A stretch of 64,000 nucleotides of DNA from Plasmodiophora brassicae (taxonomy: Eukaryota), in contig CP145421.1 in NCBI GenBank assembly GCA_036867785.1, forward strand, positions 868,001-932,000, read 5' to 3'. The position numbers were made by a program, and so were the translations under genes. Positions 27,013 to 39,024 of the stretch are shown in pieces (the first letter of the stretch is position 1; each line of letters opens with the position of its first letter). The notes beneath the pieces are model-generated. The model searched no databases. It was not told the DNA's origin and saw only the letters and a list, made by a program, of their open reading frames with translations.

Positions 27013-29475
27013 ATGATGTCGGCAGTGTCCGCGTCGTCCCTACGCAGCGGTAACAAGCTGGACGACAGCGTTCCATACGACAAGGAGGAATTCGATTCTG
27101 TTGTCAGCGATGACGACGCTCAAGGCGACATGCAGCGAACGAAGGCGGAGCGCCTAATGCTGTCGCTGGAGATGAGGGATCGTCGTGACCACTTGCAGAT
27201 CGACCAAATGCCAGCCGTCATGTCGCAAATCCAGGCTGCGAGCGACGCCGCGGCCAAGATCCATTTCAGCGGCAACGTCACCAAGTTGAACCGCCGGCAC
27301 AAAGCCCAGGACCGCGTCCTGGTCATAACGAATTCCGTCATCCTGAACATGAAGCCGCAAAGTTACACGATCAAGCGCGTCATCGCGATAGACCAGCTCA
27401 GCTCTGTGAGCCTGTCCGACTCCAGCCCCGAATTCGTCATCCACGTTAATGGCGAATACGACTACTGGTACAGTTCATTAAGGTGCCCCCGCCTCGACTG
27501 TCGTTCGCGACTCGCCCTGGACACTGAACGCCGGTTTGACAGACGGGGCGAAATTATCAGGACGCTGGCGGAGGTGTTCCAGGCCAAGACTGGTCGCGAG
27601 CTGGAGGCCGAAATCTCACAAACGAAGAATATGGCGCTGATCATGGTGCACAAGACGGGCGATGCCTTGCGGAAACGGATTATGGCGCGATCGCCGACCG
27701 CATCGAAGGACCCGATGAACGCTACTGGACTGACGCAGAAGATCCGCTGCCTGGTGTCGAAGAAGAAGGTTTGAGTTTAAAGCTGGCGCCGTCGGCCAGG
27801 TCGTGACAGCGGCAGCAGGTTCGCTACCAGCAGGACGATTTCGACCTCGACTTGACGTACATCACGGATCGGTTAATTGCAATGGGGTTCCCCAGCGATG
27901 ACATTGATGGAATCTATCGGTGCGTGTCATTGGGCGACTGTACATTGCCGTTCTGCCGCTAACAGTGCATGTGTCTGTCTAGGAACCCATTTTCAGAGGT
28001 AGGGGGGCTCAATCCGGTGTGCTATGCTTGACACTCCTGAACGATGCCGCCCAGGTATACCGGTTTCTGGAAACGCGACATGCCGGCGCATACAAGGTTT
28101 ACAATCTGTGCTCTGAGCGGACCTACGAACCGTCCAAATTCCACAGACGGGTCGCTCTGTTCCCTTTCGAGGATCACAACGTTCCGAACATTGACATCAT
28201 CTTGGAGTTCTGCCGGAACGTTGCGTCGTGGCTAAAAACGCCAGGGAACGTAGCAGCTGTTCACTGCAAGGCCGGCAAGGGTCGTACAGGTATCTCCAGA
28301 GGTTTGAATTGCGAAATCGGAATCCGCTGACCACTCTCTCTCTCGGGATCAGGACTGATGCTGTCCTGCTTCCTCTTGTATTCGCAAATGTTCCCGACGG
28401 CGGAACAGGCTCTGGAGTATTGCGTTCCTGTTATTTAGTGGTCGTCGTCTTCTGCTTACTGTCGGAGCAGGTACTTTGGCCGCAAGCGCACGCATAACGG
28501 CAAGGGTGTCACGATCCCATCGCAACGCCGGTTCTGCCTCTACTTCGAACGGTTCCTGAGAGACTATTATGGCCCAGACAAACCGTTCTCCTTCGTTGGG
28601 GTCCCCTTGGTTATCACCAATATCCATCTGGCGTCAACCCCCCGGTTCGGTGGCGATAATGGGTGCAATCCGTACTTCAAGGCATCCAATGCCGCGGGAG
28701 AGAGAGTAAGGGCGCTCGAATCGTTCTTGCGATCGCTGCCGCTTAACGGTACGGGTACACAGTTCTTTGATTCCAGGAAGTCGGTCAAGATTCAACACAA
28801 AAACGGCGACAAGGGCGTCGACCTGACCTGTCTAGTGCACGTCCGCGGCAACGTGAAGTTAGGTCAGAACCGTGTGAGCGGCGTCGCCAGCGTCGTACTC
28901 ACCGGCAGAATGGCAACAGAGTTCTTTGACCAGGACCAGTACAAATTCGACACGCCAATGTTTCACTTTTGGCTAAACACGTCGTTCATCGAGCACAACT
29001 ATATCAAGTTGGAGAAATTCGAGGTTCCTGCCATGCGCTTGGTATTCGGAAACACATCGTTAACCGCGCGCTTCTCGCCCAGCTTGACAAAGCCCACAAA
29101 GATCGGGACCACAAGAAGTTCGATCCGGACTTTGCCGTCGAGGTGTTCTTCAGGCCCGACGACGCTGCCGTAGCGCAAGTCGAAAAGGACGACGACCTGG
29201 TGCTGAACGCAACGAAAGGTGTGTAGTCTAACACTGGGGCATTGTACCGTTCAACACATTGATTTCGAACGACAGCAGAGGATGCTGAGCTGGCCAAGAA
29301 AGTCGAGCGCCTCGAGCAGCGCATCGCCGACCTAGAAACGCTGCGCCTCGACCTGCAGAACCAGAACAGCCTGTTCAGCCTGCAGGTCGACGAGCTGCGC
29401 GAGGAGAACGACCAGTTGAAGCAGGAGAACGCCACCCTGCGGGCAGCCGCTGCCGCCGCCAACAAACGAATATGA
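27013..29475 (+). CDS. PTEN: PTEN-like PIP3 3-phosphatase with N-terminal myosin-TH1/PH-like domain and C-terminal coiled coil; multi-exon
   Basis: [62 protein letters not shown]2 segment [11 protein letters not shown]...LDKAHKD. The N-terminal [22 protein letters not shown]...[11 protein letters not shown] is TH1-like. Confidence 0.85.
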
Positions 29476-29856
29476 CTCGCCGATGCAATAGAATAATAAA
29501 ACGCGACATCCTGCCCACCGCACTCCAGGAACCGCGCGGGTTGGATGGTGGTCCGGTGTCCCCCGTTTCGCGCGCAATTATTCTCCGTGCGGACCGCGTC
29601 GTGGCGGCGACTCGAGACGGCGTGCGCGGTGCGCGGCCACGAAAGTTAGCACGTGGCGTTTGGCGCTGCGGGCGTTTGGCACAAGGTCCGGAAATAGGCC
29701 ACAGGGCGCGCGTGGCCGCCGCGGCCGGGTCCGTGGGGGCGACGACGTGTTACAACGGGGCGGTACGTCAGAGTTAGTCCCCGTTGGCGACGTGCGCGTG
29801 CGTGTACGCGGACCAAAGGCACGCCGCACTTGTCCATTACCGTGCACAAAGCCGCC

Positions 29857-32800
29857 ATGGCGAACGCCGGGGCCGTCGTCGCGATTGGGCTGCTGCTGCC
29901 GCTGCTGCTGCTGTGCAAGGCGGATGACCCTGTGCCGGCATCGACGTTTGGGCGGTACAGCATCGCGTCCGGGTCGGTGCTCGACCTGGAAGATTCGCCG
30001 GGCGACATTGGATTTGGCGCACCGATTGAACGGGCCCAGCTGGCGATCACGTACCTGTCCGATGCAGTTGTTCGCGTCCGGATCACCGACGCCGACCATG
30101 CACGATGGGAAGTTCCAGGAGTCCTGCAGGGCCTTCCCGAGTCGCCGGTTCCATCCTCGCAAGCTCTTCTGTCCGTCCACATCAACTACGGGGACGATTT
30201 CCAGCTATCCGTCAAGCGGAAGGGTTCCCCGGACGTCCCGCTGTTCGAAGGGCGCGACCTCGTCTTCCAGGACAGGTACCTTCGCTGGCAGACGTCGCTC
30301 CCGAAAAACCCAGCCTTGTTCGGCCTGGGGGAACGCATCACATCGCTGAAGCTTCCTTACGGGCAGACGTGGTCGTTCATGGCGTCGGATCAGGTACGGA
30401 TCTCTCAAAAGGTTTAGGTTGCCCCGTCGCTATCGCCATCTGACCATGGCGCAACGTAGGGCACGCCCGTTAACAAACCGCTCTATGGCAGCCACCCGTT
30501 CTACCTGGAATTACGAGAAGATGGCACCGCCCATGGCGTGTTTGCGTTGACCAGCAACCCGATGGAGGTCGATCTGGGCACCGACAGCCTAACCTATCGA
30601 TTCGTCGGCGGCGTATTCGACTTCTTCTTCTTCGCTGGGCCGACGCCCAAGGATGTCCTGGAGCAGTACCACTCACTGATCGGTCGTCCTGGGCTCCCAG
30701 CCGCCTGGAACCTGGGATTCCATCAGTGCCGATGGGGGTACCACACGCTTGGAGCACTGAAGGACGTTGTCGGCAACTACTCGGCCGCTGGTATTCCTCT
30801 CGACACGATCTGGTAACTCATTTCGAGGGTATCTCGGAATTGTGCTGACCCTCTGTATCAGGAATGACTTGGACTACATGGACGGCTATCGCGTATTCTC
30901 TCTGAATGAGGAGACGTATCCCAAAGCAGAATTTCAGGCTTTCCTGGGTAAATTGCGCAGAAGTGTCGCCAGCGTCAGACGTGACCTAACTCGATGGTTT
31001 CGTAGCTGAAATTCACGCGAAAGGCTTGCACTACATCCCCATTGTTGACCCTGGGGTCAAGATCGACCCCAATTACGACGTTTACAAGGTAGACCTGAAT
31101 CCGACGTCAGGAACGGCCAACCTTACTGGCAATCCCACAGGACGGTGTCGACGACAGTGTCTTCTTGCGCGCTATCCCTAACGCATATACCAAGGATGAG
31201 TTCCTGGTTGGCAAGGTCTGGCCGGGGCTGGTTCACTATCCGGTACGTTATAAGTTCGAGCGATTCGCCACTGTCGCATCTGAACAACGAGTACAGGATT
31301 GGACGCATCCAAACGCAACAGGATGGTGGACCGAGAGCATCAGACGATTCCACGAGATGGTCCCCATCGACGGCCTGTATGAACCATTCACTGTCTGCTT
31401 GAACCTACAAATGACCTGTTGCTGTCAGCTGGACCGATATGAACGAAGCCAGCAACTTCTGCGACGGCCGGTGCGTGCTTTCCAATTCCCGAACCAACCT
31501 GTCGGATGACATCACCGATTGCAACGAATGCTCAGTCGTGATCGACACTGGAACATGGGTACGTCGTACGCAACGCACGCGGTCTCGTCGGCCAAGGGTC
31601 GTCGTCTCATATACCCACAGGACCGCCCCTGGTCTCCCAACTCCAGGGGTCCCCTGCATGGGGCGATCAACTGCCGCACCGGAAAGTCGGACGGTCTCGA
31701 CTGCGGCTCCATCAGCATGGCCGTCAAGCATCACAACGGTGCGTATGAATTGGACATGCATAACCTGTTTGGACACTACGAGGTGGGACATTCCATCCTG
31801 ACGTCGGCGCCTTGTGCACGCTAATGATTCTGCAGACCATGGCCACGCATCATGCCGTCGAGGTCGTCCGCGGCACACGTGCCGTTATCCTGACGCGTTC
31901 GACCTTCCCTGGATCGGTTCGCGCATTGCTTACGCCGGCCAGCGCGTCGCTAACAGATATGGCAGGGCCGGTACGCCTCCCACTGGCTGGGCGACAACTA
32001 CTCGACGTTCGAGTCCATGCGCGAGAGCGTCGGCGGGATGCTGGCGATGGGGTTGTTCGGCATCCCCATCGTCGGGGCCGACATCTGCGGATTCGCCGGC
32101 GACACCACGGTCGAGCTCTGTGCCCGCTGGTTCCAACTGGGCGCATTCTACCCATTCTCCCGCAATCACAACACGCTGGACAGCAACGTTCATCAGGAAG
32201 CGTACGGCGACGTGCCCGGTTCGCCCATGTCGCGGCACGACGACGAACTGACAGGTACAACTGACAGGTACAATCTCGGGCCGGTCGTGCGCCGGGTCGC
32301 CCGTGCCGCGTTGCTTCATCGGTACGCTCTGCACCATTACTACTATACGCTGGCCGCCCAGGCGGCCATGTTCGGCGGTGCCATCGCCCGACCAGGTAAC
32401 GACGCCGTTCATGCTGGCGCCTCGCACAGGTCTCAGTCTGACGGTTCTGTCCGCTAGTGTTCCTGGAGTTCCCCAAGGACCCGACGACCTGGGCGTTGGA
32501 TGAGCAGTTCATGATCGGCGAGGCGCTGATGGTCTGCCCCCAGCTGTACGAGGGAGCGACGTCGGTTGCCTGTGTGCTACCGGCGTCCAGTTTGTGGTAC
32601 GACGTGGCATCTGGGCGGCCAGCAAAGTCGTCATCTGCCGTGCCAACGCCCATCGACGTCATCCCTGTGTTCCAGCGCGGCGGGACCATCATCCCGTACA
32701 TCCCCGATGTCGCGTTGACGATTGCTGCCGCACGACAACAACCTGTCGCGCTGCACGTCGCGCTGGACCAGAACGGCAACGCCAAAGGTCAACTTTATCT

Positions 32801-33110
32801 CGACGACGGCCTCTCGATCAACACGATCCAGGACGGGAAGTACACGGTCGTCGAGTACTCGGCGTCGCGCGTGGATATCGACGGGGCGGTCTACGCCTTT
32901 AGCCTGTCGGCAAAGGCCCACGCCTCTGGCTACGATTCGGGGCTCGTCATCAAATCGATTCGCGTGCTGCCTGGCTGCGACGATGGCCTGCTCACGGTTA
33001 ACGGCAACAGCCACGCCGTCGACGTCCACGTTGATTTCTCACACGAGGTGGTCGTCGCCTGCCATTCCGTGGCGATGACGTCGACCCCCAAACCTGTCGT
33101 GACGATCTGA
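29857..33110 (+). CDS. Secreted/lysosomal alpha-glucosidase, glycoside hydrolase family 31; multi-exon
   Basis: Signal peptide, GLGE, LYGSHPFY, GFHQCRWGY, IPLDTIWNDLDYM, catalytic GLWTDMNE and HWLGDN, GADICGF, GAFYPFSRNHN, GQLYLDDG. Confidence 0.95.
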
Positions 33111-33270
33111 CCGCCCGCCCAGTCCAGACAATGCACTAAACGATACACATGGCACGATGCCCTACTGTGGTTGGTGTGCGTGCCGAACGGTCGCGGTCGG
33201 TAAAGGTCGTGGCGTGTATTGTGCAACCGTACCTACCGGAGGAGGCGGGAACCAGGCACGGCTGCCGATA

Positions 33271-34274
33271 TTATTGAGTGGGCGACCCGTCCCGCTGAGC
33301 GACGGGGACGCGAATCGGTTGCATCAGGTTCTCATCGTTGACGAGCTGGAACTTTGGCGCCGAGGCCCTGCTCGCGCCGACAGGCACATTGACGACCGTG
33401 CTGCGACGGACGACAACCGGGGGCCGGGTCGCCCGGCCCTCGTCCAGATATCGCTGCTCGAACGCGGCGCGTTGCTCCGGAGGCATCCGGATATCGCCCG
33501 AAAGCACATCGTCGACCGGGTACGAGTACGGCGTCGGCGTGAACGTTCGCCCGAGCACGCTCTGCGTCGTCAGCGTCGATGAGGCCGCCGCCGATCGGTC
33601 CGCTAGACGGGACAGCTCAAGCTGCATCGACTCCAGCGTCGTCGCCAGACCGTCAACCCTGTGCTCGCAGGTCAGCAAGCGCGAACGCGATGGGGTGTCC
33701 ATCAGGCCACAGCGTCCACCGACCGATCGCGTAGCTGAACGTTGTCGCGGGCGAGGTCGTCCAGCGCCCGGTTGCGCTCATTGTTGGTGATCCTGAGGTC
33801 CTGCAGCGCGCCAAGCACCTCGGCCCTGAACGCAGCCGTATCGTGCGACCGGTCCTCGAGCTGTTCGATGCCCTGTTCCAGTTTGGCGACGGCCGTCTCC
33901 ACGGTGCTCGCGATGCCATCCAGGCGCTTCAGGTCGACCTTCGGCGTCGGCGGCTTCGTCGGCCCGGTCGGGTCGCGCTGCTGCAGGAGGCGATCGAATT
34001 TCGACGGGGACGTCGACGTCGCATCCGGCACGAACTTGACGGTTTTCGCGGCCGCTCTCGACCCCTTCAACGCGTCCGGCAACGAGTACATGGCCGGCAG
34101 GTCGTGTATGGAGTCATCCCATTGCGGGCGTGATCGCGGACGCTGCCGGGGCACTGCCGCCACCGCCGCCGCCGGCTTTGCGCCGGGTTTCCCCGCCCTC
34201 CCCGCCCCACCCGATTTCGACGTCGACGTCGATCTCATCGCAAAACCCACGTCAGACTTTCGCGCCAGTTTCAT
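33271..34274 (-). CDS. Hypothetical coiled-coil protein; 1 intron
   Basis: MKLARKS...RPQWDDSIHDL, then a coiled coil spliced onto ORF 33271-33702 (DR|VDGLATTLESMQLEL). Confidence 0.55.
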
Positions 34275-35576
34275 GGCCGGTTTTTGGGGGGAGGCGCCGC
34301 TGGGCGCACCCGCTGCAGCTGCTGAGGGGAGACGTCGCCGACCTGTATTAAGACACGTAACGCTCAGTGTCGAGCAGCCCCGTGGAAGGCTGCACGCGCT
34401 TCGGGCACTGCCGGGCGTGCGCCTGCCGAGGAATCTGATGCAGCGGAAGGTCTGACGTCCGGTGGGATCGAGCATGCGGTAATCGGCGTCGTCCCTGGCG
34501 GCTGGGGAACAGTACGTACGCCCCAGATACTGTACACTGCACTGCTGGGCCGTCTACCGTACCTGCTCAATCTGTGGAATCTCCGGGTAACAGGACGCCA
34601 CTGGAAGATCCAGTGACCGTACCTCCGACTGTAGACCAGACGTTATTCGGGATAGACGGCAAGTTGCGATGGTGATGCTCCTTCGTCAAGGGACGTGGCC
34701 ACCGATGTCGACCTGGTCGCCAGCCGAGGGATACACCTGCGCGCTATGCACGGCCGCCAAACATCCCCGGCACGGAAGCGGGCGCCCGGTCGGCCCGAAC
34801 AGCACTCGAACGCGTCGACCGGCCGCCACGACGCAGCGGGACGGTACCATGCCGAAGTCGAGTCAGCGTTGGACGAGGGCCACCCCGAACGACGACGGTC
34901 AACTATCGATGAACGTGAGCAAGCAACGCGAATACGGGCAGCGTCTTCTGATCAACGATCGCATGTCCTGCCTGTCCCCGAACCACACCACAGCCGGGTG
35001 CCCGATCCGACATGCCGTCCTCAGCCCGGTCAACGTGGCGAGGATGTGTGCCGACGCGTTGCACATCGAGACCTATTGCCCAGCAGTGCCCGGCGCCGAG
35101 TTCCCCTGCCGGTACCCTGGATCGCCTGAGCGTATCCAGACGCAGTACCAGCGTCAACACCGCCGCCAGGCTGGGCCTGTCGATCGCACCTCGCAGCACA
35201 GTAGTGGCTCCACGTCATGGCCCAAGTGTCAGGAGGTGCAACCGATCGTGCTCGACTGGCCGACGATCATGGCAGAGACGATGTGTGCGCTCGATGCCAG
35301 CTTCGCCACGCGTTGATCTGCCATTCGGAAAATACATGTGTAGAATTAGAGCATCTCCACACGTTGTCTTTATCCCTATACCTAAGCGGGCTTGCCATCC
35401 CCCCAGCGGTGCCCGGTGTCATGGCCGTTGGCAAACCGGGGTGTCGCCAACGGTTGAAGTTGTTGACGACGATGCTGAGGAATAAACGACGCCGATGGCT
35501 GCCAGTGGCGCCACGTTATGGCCCGAGTGTCAACAGGTGCACCCGATCGTGCTCGACTGGACAAAGGACATGGCGG

Positions 35577-35668
35577 AACTAACCTCGCGATTCCCGAGAC
35601 CGAGCCGCCTGCCTGAAAAGCGCGAAACACAAATAAACTAAACTAAACTAACTAAACTAACCTCGCGA
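35577..35668 (+). mobile_element. Putative 5'-truncated non-LTR retroposon/SINE end with 14-bp TSD
   Basis: aactaacctcgcga at 35577-35590 and 35655-35668 flank 64 bp ending in AATAAA plus an (AAACT)n tail. Confidence 0.55.
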
Positions 35669-35981
35669 CGCGTTGATCGTTCAGCATTCTGCGATGGTTC
35701 GCTCATCACTGACGGGCGGTGCGTTCTAAAGCGTTTTACGAGTGCACCACAGTTCGACATGCGAGCTTCACCATTATGATTGCCACTCCGGAATCGTGTC
35801 CCGGGAGAGCGGCATTGTCTTGGGCTTCTTCACCGTTTTACACTTCGGCGCCCCTGTCCACCACACTGCCAACCGTCCCGGCTCCCGTACTATTCGGGCG
35901 GGCATCTCCAAGTATCGCCAATCGGGAATACCGCTAAACATTTCGCGACCCGTTAATCTTGTCGTCTGTATGGTGTACTGG

Positions 35982-36536
35982 TCAAGAGCGGGTCAGGATA
36001 TTTCTCAGGGTCAGCCCGCGAAACACCTTGACGTCCATAATCTTTGAGCATGGCAGGGTGATGGCATGGCCGGGTATCGGGTTGTTGATGTCGAATGGCA
36101 GGAAACGTGTTGTTCCCCGAACGCTTCCTGTTGCCAGCAGGGTGAAATCCGTCTGGTTCAGACAGTTTGCTGCAATGGGCTGGGCGGCGCCCACCGCCAG
36201 ACGAAGGTTCAAGATCAGGTTGTTCGACGTTGTCGCCGAGGCCGGCAGGTCCCATCCGCGAAACGTCTGCGCAGCCAGCGCCTGGGACCCGTACAGCAAG
36301 GACACTTCACCGTCCTTGACAACAATCGTGAAGAAGTTGGGATTATGGACCGTGACCTGGACGCCGACGTCGGCGCTCAAGTGCCCGGATGACGCCAACG
36401 AGATCGGCCCGATGTTGCTCAGTGCAGCCTGCACCTTGAACTCGTGTTTGAACCGGTACGCGGTCACGCCAACCAGGGCAGCCAGGACCACCACGATCAG
36501 CAGGGTGAACGCCAGGCAGCACCAGACGCACCTCAT
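35982..36536 (-). CDS. Single-TM LEA_2 (NDR1/HIN1-like) domain protein; ends approximate
   Basis: Cys-rich WCC before TM LAFTLLIVVVLAALVGV, then VTVHNPNFFTIVVKDGEVSLLYG and a beta-rich domain. Confidence 0.6.
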   Translation of the reverse strand: MRCVWCCLAFTLLIVVVLAALVGVTAYRFKHEFKVQAALSNIGPISLASSGHLSADVGVQVTVHNPNFFTIVVKDGEVSLLYGSQALAAQTFRGWDLPASATTSNNLILNLRLAVGAAQPIAANCLNQTDFTLLATGSVRGTTRFLPFDINNPIPGHAITLPCSKIMDVKVFRGLTLRNILTRS

Positions 36537-36799
36537 GCGGCCACCATCGCCAGTATGCCTTAGTCGCCGACAAAGAATGCGCCCGCGTTCCCGGACAGAA
36601 GATTGCAGCTTGTGGCACGGCGTACAGTGACGCGCTGCAGCCGTGTCGAGAGTCGAGACTTGCCACGTACTATAAATAGATGCCGAGTGGGTCGCGTCGA
36701 CGGCCGACGGGGCGACAGCGGGCCGTTTTGTGTGCGGCACTGTCGAACAGGTCGGCAGAGGGCGCGTGCCACAAATCCCGTTCGGCCCCGAACTCGCCG

Positions 36800-37786
36800 A
36801 TGGCGTCGGCCGCGCTGGTGCAGGCGGGCGAGCGCCTGCGCGTGCTGGCGTCGTCGGATTCGTCGGCGCAGGACGCGTCGGCGATCCACGCCGTGCTGGT
36901 CGAGCTGGAGCGATACCCGATGTCGAAGAAGACGCTGCACGAGACGCGAATCGGGGCGATCGTCAATTCGGCCCGCAAGCGGATCGCCGCGCCGCAACTC
37001 CAGCGGATCGCCAAACGCGTCATCGCGTCGTGGCGATCCGTCGTACAGGACACTACGACGCCTGCTGCAAGCAATTCGCCAGTGCCTGCGGTTAGTCACG
37101 TATCACATCGCGTTAGTAAGTCGACATTGAATCACTGCTGTTCGTAGATGAGCGCGGTCCAGCGTCGTCCCGCTGGCAGGGTGCCGTCGTTGGAGTCGTT
37201 GTGTGTTGGGTTCGTGCGCCGTGAGATCATGAGGCTGGGCGAGATTCCGCGGGCGTTCCCAACATCGCTGCTTCTGCAGTTTGTGGCAAACGCCAAGGCG
37301 GACGACCTGATTCGGATCGAGCGCCTCAATCCGCACCTGGTCAGCGAGCTTGACGGTCGGCGAGGTGACAGCGTGTGCGGTGCCGTGTCTGACGGTGCTG
37401 TTTCAGGGTCCTGGGAGAGGATCGTACGTCTCGACATTCCCGATCGGTACCGAGCTGAGCATGCGAAACTGGGATCGCACCAGACTCCACCGGGGTTCTG
37501 GCGTCAGGTCTACGTTACCGTGATGAACGAGCGTGAAGCGCGCCAGCAGCAGTACATCAAGAGCTTGGAGCAACGGCAGGCGAAGACGGCGGTCGAGAAG
37601 CAACAGACGTCCATCAAGCGCCTGCCGGCGGCGTCATCCGCTGTCCGCAAGGCGGAGAAGCGCCAACGAACGTCGGCCTCGTCATCGGCGGCAAACCCTG
37701 CGCGCTCCAGGCTGGAGAAGATCGTGGGGCCGGTTCGGAAACGTCTCGAGATGGAGAAGAAGTTCGTGCGGGGTCGCCGCAGATAA
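36800..37786 (+). CDS. ELOA: Elongin A-like transcription elongation factor (TFIIS N-terminal domain + BC box)
   Basis: LHETRIGAIVN...AKRVIASWR (TFIIS-N), VPSLESLC (BC box), DLIRIERLNPHL, WRQVY...ERE. Confidence 0.75.
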
Positions 37787-39024
37787 CATTAAGGGCCGTG
37801 GCCCGTGGGGCGACTGGTAGCTGGGTATCGCGGACGCCGTGGCGGACTGCGGGGAGTCCGGCCATTTCGCTTCGTCGACCGTCGACCCGTCATCAGTCCA
37901 CAGTCGAGTGGCGCAGGCCTTGGTCAGGTACGTGTTTTCGGATTGTCGTTTGGGGATGCTGGTTCCAGATGATTACAACATGCTATGCGTGATCGGTGGC
38001 GCGTTCTGTCGTGCAGTCGTTGCAGTGTGCCCCGGGGCGCGTTCTGCCTGACGAAACGCGGCCAGACGGGCCGTCCCGCTGATCGCGGAACTGCCACGGG
38101 CACCTGCAATGACGACGATGGATGCGTCGCCACAGGAGCGTTTGGATATGAGACCTGATGGAATTCGCCCTTGTTGCCCGTCGAATTTCTATTGCTATTC
38201 CGCGAGTGACTTGTGATCGATCTAACACATGACTGCTGCGTAGACTGGGATCGTGAGCGACGTCAAGCATTGCGATTGGTTAATAAACTGCTATCGGGGC
38301 ACGATCACGTTTCATTCTACAGTAGTGCATAGCTTGAGCAGCCCCTGGGCAAATTTTGTGGTTCGACGGCAGGCACGCGGAAGTTCAACTCGTTACCTGA
38401 TCGATGACGCTCCAGAACGGCATGCAATTGGAAACGGCCAGGTTGTCCGCTTCGACATGTTGGGAGACGCGCTGGCGCCCACATGCACGCTGTCATGCAT
38501 GGATGCTTCCCCACGTCCAGCCTGATAAACCCACATTAGCTGGCACGATTCTGGCTAGACTAGTTGAACCAACCGCCTTACTTACTGGTTTGCATGGTGT
38601 AGGCGAGGGCAGTGCTACGACAGTGGGTTTGACGAAGACGTTCCTGCTATGCCGGCATGATCAAAAGCACGGTCAATCCTATAGTTTAGGCATGCAGTCC
38701 TACATGCAACTGTTTGGCGACGTTTACTTCACCCATGTGTCGTAGCCGCTCGTCTCGTGCCGGCCACATTGCCTTCGGGCGCCGAATCATAGGACGCTAT
38801 GGTTTTGTCTCGTAGAAGCCTTCCGCTTTCCCGAATGGCGGCTTATCCGCCTGAACAATTGGCTAGAAATCTGCTGGTACCGACGTTTCCTACCTGGCCT
38901 AATGCTCTTACGAGGCCCTCTACTCATCGTACTTTGGCAATTCAATTTGTCATCGCTGTGCGAGTCGGCTCGTGACAACGATTTGGAACCGTGGTATATG
39001 TAACGCAACGTTGTGGGCCGCTGA

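Noticed and set aside
33271-34274. SPICE1 assignment from the QWDDSIHDL motif
   Set aside because: The similarity is too short to name the gene.
37800-39000. Possible Cys-containing gene fragment or ncRNA
   Set aside because: No coherent exon chain or RNA motif could be supported.
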